Assembly: GCF_018977255.1 (NCBI RefSeq)
Contig: NW_024704742.1
Span: 52,640,001-52,704,000 of the forward strand
Source: Callorhinchus milii
Lineage: Eukaryota
Direction: 5' to 3'
Length of the DNA: 64,000 nucleotides
The notes below the pieces were generated by a model. It made no database searches, was not told where the DNA came from, and saw nothing but the letters and a program-made list of their open reading frames with translations. The position numbers were made by a program, and so were the translations under genes. Positions 38,310 through 50,730 of this stretch are shown one piece after another. Numbering within the stretch: the stretch's first letter is position 1; the number at the start of each line of letters is the position of its first letter.

Positions 38310-39745
38310 AGGTGAGAGTAACCATCCTTGACCCTCTTCTTTTCCTTATCTATATGCTCCCTCTGGATGATGTGATCCACAGACATGGGGTAAACTTCCA
38401 CATGTATGCGGATGACACACAAATCTACTTTGCCTCCTCCAGTACCAACTCCAGGTCTGCCGATGTTCTATCAGCTTCTCTGGCAGACATCAAGGCCTGG
38501 ATGAGTGTAAACTTCCTGTAGCTGAATATAGACAAGACGGAAGCCATACTCATTGGCTCCTTCAACATCTTCATTCCTCCGGATCTGAACTCCTCAACCT
38601 CCCTGGGCTCGCCCTCAGACACATTGAACCAGCGCGGAACCTAGGCATACGGTTCGACCCCCAACTGTCCTTCCTCCCCCACATCCCGTCCCTGACCAGG
38701 ACCACTTTCTTCCATCTCCGTCGCTTCCAACCGTACCTTAGCCCAAATGCAGCCGAAAGCCTTGCGCTTGCGTTTGTCACCTCCCGCTTGGATTACTTCA
38801 CGCTGGTCTCCCCAGCTCCACCATTCACAAGATCCAGGTCATTCAGAACTCTGCCGCCCACATACTGACCGGACCAAACGCCACACCCACATCTCACCAG
38901 TTCTGGCCAGGCTCCACTGGCTCCCAATCACCGAACGGATCGACCTCAAGATCCTCACTCTCGTGTTCAAATCCACTTACTCCATGGCCCCTCCCTACCT
39001 CTCCGACCTCCTCACTCCCCAGTCCACCACCTGGCGCCTCCGTTTAACTGGCACTGGCCTCCTGCTCATCCCTTGCATCCTCCGCCCCACCATTGGAGTT
39101 TGTGCTTTCAGCCACTACGACAACAACTCTCAACACTCTCCCTCCATCCCTCCACCTTGCCCCCTCTCTCCCCTCTTTCAAGTTCTGCCTGAAAACTTTC
39201 CTGTTCGACCATTCTTACAGTCACCTCCCCCCTCCCCCCAGCTCGGAGTCATGCTCCACCACTGTTAAGTGCTCTGAGACCTACCTGCCCGTACCCTCCG
39301 TTCCTCTGGCTCCGGTCTGCTCCACGTCCCCCGCCCCAACCGCCCTACCATTGGTGGTTGGGCCTTCAGCCTCTCAGCCCCCAGGCTCTGGAACTCCATC
39401 CCCCAGTGCCTTCGCCTTGCTTCCTCCCTTTCCTCCTTCAAGGCCGGTCTCAAAACCTTTCTCTTTGACCGTGCCTTCAGCTCCCCTCTCGACTCTCTTC
39501 CCCCTCCTCGCTCCCTCCCTTCCCTCCCCTCACCCTGACCATTTCCCCCTCCTCGCTCCCTCCCTTCCCTCCCCTCACCCTGACCATTTCCCCCCTGCTC
39601 GGGTTATGACCCAACTGTGCAGCGCCTTGGGACGTCCTCCTGACGTGAAAGGCGCTTTATAAATGGAATCTTGTTGTTGTTGTTGTTGTTGTTGAGACAC
39701 TGCCCTACGTGGAGGGTGCTATATAAGTGCAAGTTGTTATTGTTG
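38310..39745 (+). mobile_element. L2 fragment with a younger L2 tail (39281-39692) nested in its 3' end
   Basis: [11 protein letters not shown] and LHWLPITERIDLKIL; candidate TSD TGAGAC at 39275-39280 and 39693-39698. Confidence 0.88.
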
Positions 39746-39834
39746 TAACCAATCGCACCCACCACATTACATCAGGCTTAAACATTTAGGATGCCATGAA
39801 TGAATCCTATTTTACTAAAAACACCCAAATAATC

Positions 39835-40062
39835 ATGAGTTTGCCTTCAATTTTAATAAAATTTAATTAACTACGAAAACAACAGCTTACATCAAATTTG
39901 TTAACTTAACATGCACATTAAAGATTTTTTTTAAAAGACATAAACAGATATTTAACAATTATTAAACAACACAATTTCAGAGAGGTGTAGACTGCAGTTG
40001 CTTCTGCATCAAGAACTGATTTCAGCGTAGATGTCAAACCTTTTTTGTAGTCGCCTGAGTTC
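39835..40062 (-). other. NMU: NMU terminal 3'UTR exon
   Basis: Acceptor CTCTTTTCAG| at 40063; ATTAAA-type signals (minus) near 39852-39867; 3' end approximate. Confidence 0.6.
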
Positions 40063-40493
40063 CTGAAAAGAGATTTGTGTTTTAGAAAATCGTGGAATAA
40101 ATATATTTTTTATCCAGAGTCAGAAAACAAATTTTAAATGATTTAAAATACATGCAGTGCCTGGATTAGGCCAATGGATTTAAAACGGCAGCCCAATGGG
40201 TTCCTTTACTAATATGTCATTCGCCTCCACCCACCCATGCTCAGTGGCACTCCACCATTGTAAAGCCTCCAAGACATTTTTCTAGGCGAATAGAGCCATA
40301 TGCATGCAAGTTGTTGTCATTGATCGTGGATGGAATGGTAGAATATGCATCTCCACACTTCTAGGCCTCTATCTCTCTTACAAAATAGACAGTCAATTCA
40401 ATTTATAGTAAATCCTGTGAAGCGCTTTGGGACAGCCTCATTTACAGGAACATATCAGCATGAAGTTATCTTTTTGATTAAAAAAAATACCTT

Positions 40494-40526
40494 TTAACGA
40501 AAACCAGATGATCTTCCATTTCGTGG
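40494..40526 (-). CDS. NMU: NMU exon 9 coding part (PRNGRSSGFR*)
   Basis: Acceptor TTTTTAG; PRN-G amidation signal; TAA then donor AAG|GTATT at 40491/40490. Confidence 0.95.
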   Translation of the reverse strand, partial: PRNGRSSGFR

Positions 40527-41014
40527 CTAAAAATAACAGTGACAATGTAATACAATAGTGAATTATCTGAATCCAGTTTCAAAATGGTACATATAATATC
40601 CATAAGTTTTCTGAGACGTTTGCACCAGGAACGTCCCAGATTAAGTTCTTTGGTTTAGCTACACACAAGCATTTCCAATTTGGTATCTTTACGTGGTAAA
40701 TTTTATAGGAATGAATTGAACTTTCAATAATCAAAGATTTTAACCAAGTTTCTCCTACAGAAACCAGAAAAGTCCCAGATTGAACTCCTGATCGGTGCGT
40801 AGAAAACCAGTCTCAGCCACTTTATGGCAAATAGTCAATGGGGTCAAAATTGGGTTAGTCTTGAACAGATTCCGTTCCTTAATTATCACCAGGGATTTAA
40901 CTAAGGAATGTTTTATCAACTGTCCTTCGTGATAGCTTTGAGACTGAACCCAACTTTTAGAGATTTTTTTTCTCTCAGATTTCTCACAGTCAATTTTTTC
41001 ACAATATCATTAGT

Positions 41015-41360
41015 GACTCCTGTAGCTCAGTGGTGAGAGCACTCGCATGCAACAGACCTGGGTTCGAATCCCGGCAGGGTGAAATGTTGGGCAAGTTTCA
41101 TTACTAACACATCTCTGTTTATCTAGCAGTAAGTAGGAACCTGGTTGTTAGTTAATGGGCGGATCGCTTTTCCAGGGATAATAATCCCTCAAAAGAATAA
41201 TAATTTGGTCACTCAATCCACGACTGTTTGTGGGACACTGCTGTGCACAATTGGCTGCCACGTTTCGCCCACAAATATACAGTCAATTCACTTTACAGTA
41301 TATTCTGAAACATCTAGAAGACGTGATAAAGCGCTATATGAAATGTACGGATTATTATTG
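41015..41360 (+). mobile_element. tRNA SINE, long subtype
   Basis: TAGCTCAGTGG A box, GGTTCGAATCC B box, shared body and tail. Confidence 0.88.
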
Positions 41361-41564
41361 TTGTCAATAACCATTCAAATTTTAAAAAAATCATTCAATT
41401 CATTGCTGTGCACAAATTGGCTGTCACAATCACCTACAAATACACAGTCTTTACACTCTAAAGGGACTGTTGTAAAGTGCTTTGAGATCTTTTGGCAATT
41501 TCATAAGACAATATGTGAAATGCCGGGATTATTATGGTTATTATTATTATTATGTGAAACATAC

Positions 41565-41618
41565 CCTAAACAGAAAGTAGCCTCGACTTTGAATTCCACT
41601 TGGTCCTTGAAGTTCTTC
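41565..41618 (-). CDS. NMU: NMU exon 8 (EELQGPSGIQSRGYFLFR)
   Basis: 54 nt, AG/GT flanked; mature NMU core SRGYFLFR. Confidence 0.97.
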
Positions 41619-42704
41619 CTAAAGAAATAACATTTTTAAAAAAAAATATTTTAACTGACAACATCAACAAAACTGTATCTCAGTTAGCTCTGTTCCTTCC
41701 AGAATTCTGGAATGAATGATCGATTTAATTTTTCTGAAATATGTATGATAATTTGAATAAACCAACTGAATCTAATTCTCCTTTGAGCAAACATTTCCTG
41801 GTTTTATCCTCTTGTGGGTTATTAAGCAACTGAGTTATGGACGTTCTTCTAAATATGCAGCAAATATTTTTTGCTGGTGTGTTCCACCAATTTAGCATTT
41901 CCCCATTGCTGTGCCAGAGAAGGCCAAACTTATTATGCCCGTGAATAGTGATCAAGAAACGTTGCAAAATCTGCTTGGACAACAAGGACATTTCTGAGAA
42001 TAGTTTGTAGCTGTATTGCAGAGCAGATCAACACAAAAAGCAGAGCAATGCAAAAGTGAGACCAACCTATATTTGACTTTATTATCACTGCTGCTTAAAT
42101 AACTGGAGATTGTTTGGTACTTCTGTCAACCTTCCCTAATTACCTCAGTCCTATCACCACACTTATTACCAAAGAGAGTATTGTTTTGTTTTAGCTGCTG
42201 GTTTCCATCAGGTGAAATAAATCACTCAAAGATTGGGAAGAAACTGACATTCGTTTAGACTGTACCTGTAAACTGAGAATAGAAAGAACCAGCCTCAATT
42301 CCCCAATACAGTAGAAGCGGTTACACCAAATGTTTTGGACTATTAAGTTATGAAGTCCATGTATTCGAAAGAAAATAATACTGAGCTCTGAAAGGCAAGA
42401 GTTGCGATCTGGATTCTGTGGTCGATTTAAAAGTTATTGTATAAACTGCTGACACATTTTAAGCGTCAGCCTGAAAATTAGACATTTTTCTTATGGACAA
42501 AATGATTGGGTAAAATTATTTTCTGAAATAGTTTACTTAAGGTCGAAGAACTCAAATGACTGTATGTTTAAATAACTTTTAGAGAAAGCTTCTAAGTGAA
42601 TTCAACCACTTGGATATTTTGACCCATGGGTCAAATATAGTGGAAATGTAAGAAGACTGATGGTCACAACATGATGGTGGCAGGATGATTCAAGAGTTAC
42701 GTAC

Positions 42705-42779
42705 GTCACCTCTGCTGTTCTTCATTCTTCTCTCATGAAGTTCAGGGACAAGCTGCAGCAAAGGATGCAGGATAGGGGA
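42705..42779 (-). CDS. NMU: NMU exon 7 ([25 protein letters not shown])
   Basis: 75 nt, AG/GT flanked; [16 protein letters not shown] motif. Confidence 0.96.
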
Positions 42780-45079
42780 CTGAGAGGACATGAACAAGGA
42801 CACATGAGGAACAATGATCTACTGCTCATATGATGCAACCGTATATTCTCAAAGAAAGCTGTGCAGACACAACGTGGGACAAAACAGGGCAAAGCTGGAA
42901 TGTGTCTTAATATTAGACACTGGAATCTACAGTTTGATGTAAAACCTGAAAATAACTTTCTTAAATGTTGAACCTAATAAATATTATAGATTTTGTATAG
43001 TAATAATTTTGATAAAGTTGATAATGCAATAATATTTTTCAACATCTGGTTTGATGATTTTCCTAAATACTGATAAAGTCCATACTTTAGTGTAGAGCAT
43101 CAGTTTAATTCCAGTCCTCCTAAAAAAATACTCTTAGCTGATCTACTTGGCACAGTGCATTAGTTTATGAGATCTATGATATGGTATATTCATTACTTAT
43201 TATGCTGAAAGATTCCAGTGATGGACTTCTCAACGCCTTTTTTTAACGGTAATGCCAAGATGTTGGGCCAATTGAGAGGACACCAGGAATTTATAAAGAA
43301 AGTGGTCATTGAGAATAGTGTGGAATGGTGGCGGTGGGGGTGGGGAATGGATTGTTCATCACCAGCATTTTTGATGTGATAAATATTGAATCTACTATAA
43401 TACTAAATTGATCCCAAAAAATTAATCTCCTGAGTCTTATAAAAAATGACTTGTACCCTTAATTTTCTCATAAAGTGAGTGTCTTTCAGATTGAGTTCAG
43501 TTGTGTTGCTAGATAAGCTAAGAACAGACACTCAGTTTGTGAATACGTCGAATTAGACCCAAATGTGTTCATAAATGTTATTTTGTGATTCTCACTTAGC
43601 TTTTTATTATGGGTAGTGCATAAAATCACAATGAGGGTTTACATTAATCTGTTGTAAATTAAAACAACTGGTAAGACTTCACGACTTGAGCTATTAGAAA
43701 ATCTCAGTAGCATCGTGGTTCATTAAGATGGTTATCCCTGTTCACTGTAGTTTAACAGAAGGGAGTTTCTCCCAGTGTCCTGGCTATCAATCCCCAAATA
43801 AAATTGGTCTTTTACTCCAGGGCTATTATACATTGCTGTTTGCAAATTTGCTGCTTTATTCACTCACAAAACACATAACCATAACCAAGGAATACACTTC
43901 CACTATTTATTTCAGTGATTAACTTGAAATTACAGTCATGGTTCCAATATTGTGAATATCACATAGTCTCTATTCTCTACATTGATAATTTTGCTGAATG
44001 CCACTTTATATGGAAACAGAAATCTACAGTGCAGAAAAAGGATGCTCGGGACATCAAGCGCAACAGCACACGTTGCATGGAGATCAATTCAATCCCACTG
44101 CCCTGCCTTATTCTGTACGCCTTCAAGACCCTATTTCCTTCCCTTTTGAAATGGACTCCATCTCTATCACCCTTCTCAGCAGGGCATTCCACATACCACT
44201 TTGTAAGGATTTAAAAGTATTTTTTAAAAAAGCTACAAAAGAATAATCACTCGCACGTGGCTACAGGTACAGATGGAACATGTTACCACCATGCAATTTT
44301 GACATGAACTATGTCAACGTTGCAAACACAGAGAAAAAATAACAGAAAGATTATGGATACTCCTATCACATTCTTAACAAAATAAGTCTTTGTTGACTCA
44401 GTATCCTTTGTCATAAGTTATGCCTTGGTCAGCACCCGGTGTATGTTGGGTTTGCATACTGACGTTACTGAATCCAATATTGTTCAAGGTCACTAAATGA
44501 CTTGAATTCTTTAAATGCACCTGAACTCTCAATTTGTTAACTCTTGAGTACCACCTCAAGGGATCAAATATCTTCAAGGGCTAAAATATCTAGGGTTGCA
44601 AATCTTTCCTCATAGCTCCTACCTGCCAGCATGTATGATGGGGGGAATTATTGTCCATTTCTTTGATACTGTGGTTTTCCACTGTGGTGAAGTCAAATTA
44701 TGCTTCCATGAATTTGCAAGCAACAAATCAATTTATTTTCCTCCAAGATTATATTTGATTTCAGAGCTCCATTGGAAGGTTTGATAGGTCTGATAAAATT
44801 CTGAGGATGATCTAGAAGCCCTTGGACATCTTTTGGTCTCCCTGAAATATCTTTTCTACTCCTTCCGGGAGAGCAAAGCTGAACTCAATACGCCAGATGT
44901 GGTCTCACTAAGAGCAAACATAACTTGATACTCATCTTTTGTACATTAACCCCTTAGCCATACCTCCCAATATTTGCTGTTTATTTCTGAAAAAATATTT
45001 TTTAAGGAATTCATTTTTCAGACATTAAAATGTTTCTATTCAGAGTTTGAGATTTTACATCCTAGCCTTTTGCTTGAAA

Positions 45080-45500
45080 CCAGTTATGCTATTATAATGT
45101 CATCAGTTATAATAATGTAATGACATTAATATTATAGTAAAAACATCAGTTATTATAATGGAGCATTACAATTATTAGAAAATCACAGCTGTAATGTAAT
45201 AACACTAATATTATTGCAATAGTTATTATAATCTAATGATATTATAATTCTCAGTTATTATAATGGAATATTAATATCATTAGAACATCAGTTATTATAA
45301 TAATTTATATTATTACAATAGTGTCAGTTATTACAATTTAATAATATTATTATTTCAGCATAGTAGTTATAATGTAATCAAATTATTATTATAACATTAC
45401 ACTTTATCACAACATCTTGGCAACGAGATAAGATGCTACATCAAATGCAATGATTATTATTTATTATTATAACATCACTGTTATTATAATACCATAGTAG
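45080..45500. repeat. AT-rich degenerate tandem repeat (CAGTTATTATAATG-like)
   Basis: Recurrent GTTATTATAAT/ATTATT units. Confidence 0.7.
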
Positions 45501-45569
45501 AACAGGACCAAGAGGATGAATGACCTCCTATTCCTACAATGTTAGACAAAAGCCACCAATTCGATTGGC

Positions 45570-45790
45570 AGCTTTTCTAGGAGTAATAATCTCTTAAAAA
45601 TAAATGAATAATAAAAAAAATTGGTCATTCAATCCACGATTGTTTGTTGGACACTGCTGTGCGCAATTGGCTGTGTGTTTCGTCCACAAAGTATACAGTC
45701 AATCCACTTTACAGTTTATTCTGTAATGCGCTTTGAGACACCTCAAAGGTGTGATAATACACTGTACGAAATGCAAGGATTATTATTGTC
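45570..45790 (+). mobile_element. 5'-truncated tRNA SINE
   Basis: Body and tail. Confidence 0.8.
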
Positions 45791-46070
45791 ATTATTGCTG
45801 GACATTAATATCCATTGTATTTACACCTGTTTAACAATTTTACATATTTGCTGAAATAATTTGTCTAAAATTTAAAATAAGAAAAATCACCTTCTTCAGA
45901 TTAAAAAAAAGGCAAGTACTGAGAATGCTGCCTTTTGGTGAGCAAATTTAATTTGGAATAATTCGACACTGCAAAAATTATCTTCTTGTCAAAGTGTAGC
46001 TGTTTGAGCTAAAGCAGAAAGACAAGATTTTTAATGCCACCTTTTAAAATATAACATCCATGTGACTTAC

Positions 46071-46121
46071 CATGAAATCAGAGTTGCCAGAGTCATGGGT
46101 CTTAGAATAATGAAATAAGAA
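46071..46121 (-). CDS. NMU: NMU exon 6, NURP N-terminus ([17 protein letters not shown])
   Basis: 51 nt, AG/GT flanked; FLFHYSKT hallmark. Confidence 0.97.
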
Positions 46122-46227
46122 CTGTAAAAGAAAAAGTGAAAAGATAATTTTACTACAGTATATATCAATGACTTGCCATGTAGTCTCATTGTATCTCATA
46201 ATCTATCTGAATGAGAGTTCTGCTTAC

Positions 46228-46257
46228 CCTTTTGGTCTGGTCCTTTTCTTTTGAATC
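46228..46257 (-). CDS. NMU: NMU exon 5 (DSKEKDQTKR)
   Basis: 30 nt, AG/GT flanked; ends in a KR convertase site. Confidence 0.93.
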
Positions 46258-46889
46258 CTGTAAAAGATCAAACAATAAGAGATAGTAGGTCTTAATTTCT
46301 TCATATTTAAGCAACCATTTAATGAGTTGCTTATGTTGTAAATCCTTGTTGGAGATAAAATGAGCTGCCAAACCATCCCATCTCAAAATACAGCATACCA
46401 AATCATTAGATTAAAGGATTTGAGGGTTTTATATTAAACACCATTATTTCTCAGAATATATTTGGTGCATGGTAAGGGAGGAGATGTAACCTAATTAAAG
46501 TACATTCATATTTCAAGAACAGAATTACATTTCCTTCCTGAACGGAGGTTTCATATACCTGTTGAAGTGGATGCTAAAGGTCACAGAGCAGGGCACTATT
46601 CAAAAGAGAAGGAAGTTTATTTTGATGTCCTGGACAATTCTCCAAATGATCTAGTCATTTCCTTTGTGATTGTTTGTGCGACACTGCAGTGCACAAATTG
46701 AGTTATCTGGAACTAGGATGAGATGCCTATGTTGTTCGATGTAAATGGGAAAAAGGGGGAACGTGTGATGTTGTGAAACAAAACAATTTTAATTTCATTT
46801 CTCTATCTAGTCTATCAATACCAAGATATATCAACTACTATTTTCCCTTCTAAACCTCCCGTCTATACATCCTAGAAAATAAAAACCTA

Positions 46890-47955
46890 AATGGGATGGA
46901 GGAGCAAATGGATTTCGGGGTACACATACACAATTCATACACAATACTAAAAATAGCAATGCAGGTTAATAAGGCCATAAAAAAGGCAAACCAGGCATTG
47001 GGATTCATTTCTAGAGGGATAGAAATGAAAAGCAGGGAAGTTATGGTAAACTTCTGTAGAACCTTGGTTAGACCACACTTGGAATACTGTGTGCAGTTCT
47101 GGTCCCCACATTATAGAAGGGATGTAGAGGCACTGGAGAGATACAAATGAGATTCATGAGGATGATCCCAGAACTGAGAGGTTATACCTATCAGGAAAGG
47201 CTGAACATGCTTGGACTCTTTCCTCCTGAAAAGAGGAGGGTAAGGGGTGACCTGATAGAGGTCTTTACAATTATGAAAGGTTTGATAGGGTAGACATAGG
47301 GAAGATGTTTCCACTGGTGGGGAAGATCAAAACCAGGGACCATCAATATAAAATAGTCAAAAATAGATAGTTAGAAGAAATTTATTTACACAGAGAGTAG
47401 TGGGAATGTAGAACATGCCTACCACAAGGAGTTGTTGAGGCAAATAGCATAGATGTATTTAAGAGTCCTGTAGCTCAGTGGTTAGAGCACTCGCTTTGCA
47501 AGCGAGAGACCTGAGTTCAATTCCAGGCAGGGCGAAACCTTGGGCAAGTTTCCTTACTCCACACGCCTAATAATAATCCCTCCGAAAACCCCAAACAATA
47601 ATAAATTGGTCATTTTCAATCTACGACTGTTTGTGGGACATTGCTGTGCGCAATTGGCTGCCGCGTTCGCCCACAAATATACAGTCAATTCACTTTACAG
47701 TGTGTTCTGTGAAGCGCTTTGGGACGTCCTCCCGACGTGAAAAGCGCTATATCAAATGCAAGGATTATTATTATTATTATTATTAAGGGAAAGCTAGATA
47801 GGTACATGAGGGAGAAAAGAATAGAAGGTTATACTTGAAGACTTAGTTGAGGAAGGGCAGGAGGAGGCTCACGTGGAACATAAACACTGGCATAGACCAG
47901 TTGGGCCGAATGGCCTGTTTCTGTGCTGTATATTCTAATATATTCTAATGTATTG
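46890..47955 (+). mobile_element. CR1 3' fragment interrupted by a SINE
   Basis: [17 protein letters not shown]; tail (TATTCTAA)n. Confidence 0.9.
47463..47784 (+). mobile_element. tRNA-Ala SINE, young full-length copy nested in a CR1
   Basis: Same head and tail as the other copies; the flanks rejoin as CR1 3' sequence. Confidence 0.93.
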
Positions 47956-49050
47956 ATTCTGCATCAGCTTTCAGGACAGTGATTCTCATAATTCATACAA
48001 TTTGTTTTGTGTAGAAATATTTTCTCAAATCACGTCTAACTGGTTTAGCTCAAAATACACAGTCACACCATTTTACACTGTATCCTGTGAATTATACAAT
48101 TAATCAAGCTATGTGATCCAAATGAAAGAACAGGCTCTTTTGCCTCCAGCAGAATCCTTTGCAGTATGATTACAACTTATATGGAGACTGCGAATATAAA
48201 GAGAACGATAATTTGTAAATTAATGCTAGGAGTTATTTTAAAATTGAAGTGCTCTCTGAGTTTGATTGGAGTGTGAAGGTAAGCCATGCTGGTTTGCACA
48301 TATGCATCATCGGGGATTTTTTATCTGTTGCAAAGGTCCACAGACATTGTACAGATAGAGAAAGAGATGTAGAAAATTAGAGACATTGTCAGAAAAAGAC
48401 ACAGGAATACAGAGACAAATAAAACACATACACACACACACAGAATATATCTATTTCATAAGAATATCAGAAAACATGGAACAGCAAAATAGTCATGTAG
48501 CTCATCATTCCTGTTTGTTTCGCAAGCCATGTCCAATTCAACTTTTAAGGATGACACTCAACACAATTCGTCTGCTAAGAAAAGATTCTCCAAATTTCTT
48601 CTTTGGCTTCTCAAAAGTAAATCCAGCAAAATAGAAGAATACTTTTTAAACTTATACCCAATGTAATTCATTGTCTGGATGCCTTGGGCGGGAGCCATTC
48701 CTGTGTTATAGAGTATTTGGTCACATCTATATGTACGTTACCTGGTAAACCTGAATCCTATTTCCTACGACATCTAGCTATTCATCCAGCTTTTGATGGT
48801 GTGAATCAACACGTTTGCTGATATATTCTTTGAAGGGGGGTTAGTGCACGAAAGAAGCTACAGATTTTTATTTTCTCAGTATGTCATACAGTTGATTTCG
48901 CTGAACACTTGTTTTCAGTGCAGAACTTTCCATTACAACAGTAGAAATGAGAAAGATAGACAAGTCCATTAAGTTACTTGTGGATCTACATTCTTGAATT
49001 TTGTTAGTGTTGATGAAACTGACAATGATAGAAGTATAAAAACCTTGTAC

Positions 49051-49110
49051 CTGAATTCTCTGCAGAACTGTCGTAGCCATGTAACAGAGTTCTTCGAATA
49101 CAGTTGATAC
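49051..49110 (-). CDS. NMU: NMU exon 4 (VSTVFEELCYMATTVLQRIQ)
   Basis: 60 nt, AG/GT flanked; EELC motif. Confidence 0.92.
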
Positions 49111-49559
49111 CTAGTAAGGCAGAATATAAACATTTAAGAAACTGTTTATGCAATTTGGTGATACGCTGGGTCAATAGAAAAGTGAGGCTGCAATGTTTCC
49201 ACAGAATCTGCAAGAAACACTCTCCACTATAAACAACACTCTCTACTATAAGCAAAATCCTCTGCTATAAACAATACCTTCCGCTAAAAACCTGTAAACA
49301 ATGTAGTTTCTGGCCCCGGGTCTCACACTGTTTACCTGATGCTTCGATGGGTGGAGCGGCGTGCTGCTGCGCAAGTGGGAAATGGACTTCACTCCACTCT
49401 GAGACCCTGCTGTTGAGATTGTCTCCTCTGTATGTGTGCATTTGTGAGTGTGTCAGTGTGAGTGTCTGTGTGTCTGTCTCTCCTCTGTATGTGTGTGGAT
49501 GTGTCTGTGTGTGTCTCTCCTCTATGTGAGTGTCTCTGTATGAATGTGATTGTGTGTAA

Positions 49560-50730
49560 GACCATAAGACATAGGAGTAGGCCATTCGGCCCCTCGAGCC
49601 TGCCCCACCCTTTAATAAAATCATGGCTGATCTTCTAACCTAATTCCATTTACCCCCCGTATCCCCATATCCCTTAATCACTTTATCCTTTAGAAATCTA
49701 TCAACCTCAGTCTTGAATATGTTCAAGGACTGAGCATCCACAGCCTTCTGGGGTAGAGAATTCCACAAATTCATTACCCTCTGAGTGAAGAAATGTTTCC
49801 TCAACTCAGTTCAAAAAGGCTGACCCTTAATCTTGAGACGATGACCCCTAGTTTTAGATTCTCCAACCAGGGGAAACAGTCTCACAGCATCTACCCTGTC
49901 AAGACCCTTAAGAATCTTATAGGTTTCTAATAAGATCACCTCTAATTCTTCTATCTTCTGGAGAATATAGGCAGGTTTACTCCAACCTATCCTCATAGGT
50001 CAACCCCCTCATCCCAGGAACCAACCTAGTGAATCGGTGCTACACCCCCTCTAAGGCAATTATGTCCTCTCTTAAATAAGGAGACCAAAACTGCACACAA
50101 TATTCTAGGTGAGGTCTCACCAAGGCCTTATACAACTACACCAAAACTTCCCTACTCTTGTACTCTAACCCGTTTGCAATGAACGACAACATGGCATCAG
50201 TCTTCCTAGTTGCTTACTGTACCTGCATACTAACGTTTTGTGACTGGTGTACAAGGACACCCACATCCCTCTAAACACTAACACTACCTAGTTTCTCCCC
50301 CTCTTGAAAATAATACACTTTTCCATTTTTACTACCTAGGTGAATAACTTCACACTTCCCCACATTATACTCCATCTGCCACCTTCTTGCCCACTCACCT
50401 AGCCTGTCTATTTCCCTTTGCATTCTTTGTGTGTCATCCTCACAGCTTACTCTCCCAACTATCTTCGTATCGTCCACAAATTTAGATATAAGTTCTATTT
50501 CCTCATCTAAATCATTGATATAGACTGTAAATAATTGCGGTCCAAGCACTGATTCTTGTGGCACTCCACTTGTCACATCCTGCCAATCTGAGAAGGACCC
50601 GTTTACCCCTACTCTCTGTTTTCTTCCTGTTAGCCACTCTCCAATCCATACTAATATATTATCCTTAACTCCATGGGCTCTAATCTTATGCAACAGCCGT
50701 TTATGTGACGCTTTGTCAAATGCCTTCTGG
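49560..50730 (-). mobile_element. CR1 3' fragment (RT C-terminal part)
   Basis: FQKAFDK, SGVPQESVLGP, FVDDTK motifs; CR1 tail at ~49560. Confidence 0.9.

Noticed and set aside
43977..44246. Overlapping short ORFs in NMU intron 6 considered as an extra peptide exon
   Set aside because: No NMU/NMS-like motif or convincing splice pair; exons 6 and 7 already join in frame
47463..47535. tRNA-Ala(TGC)-like sequence (also at 17080, 56105, 58228, 62423 and others)
   Set aside because: SINE heads: the acceptor stem is imperfect and each runs into the SINE body and L2 tail; not tRNA genes
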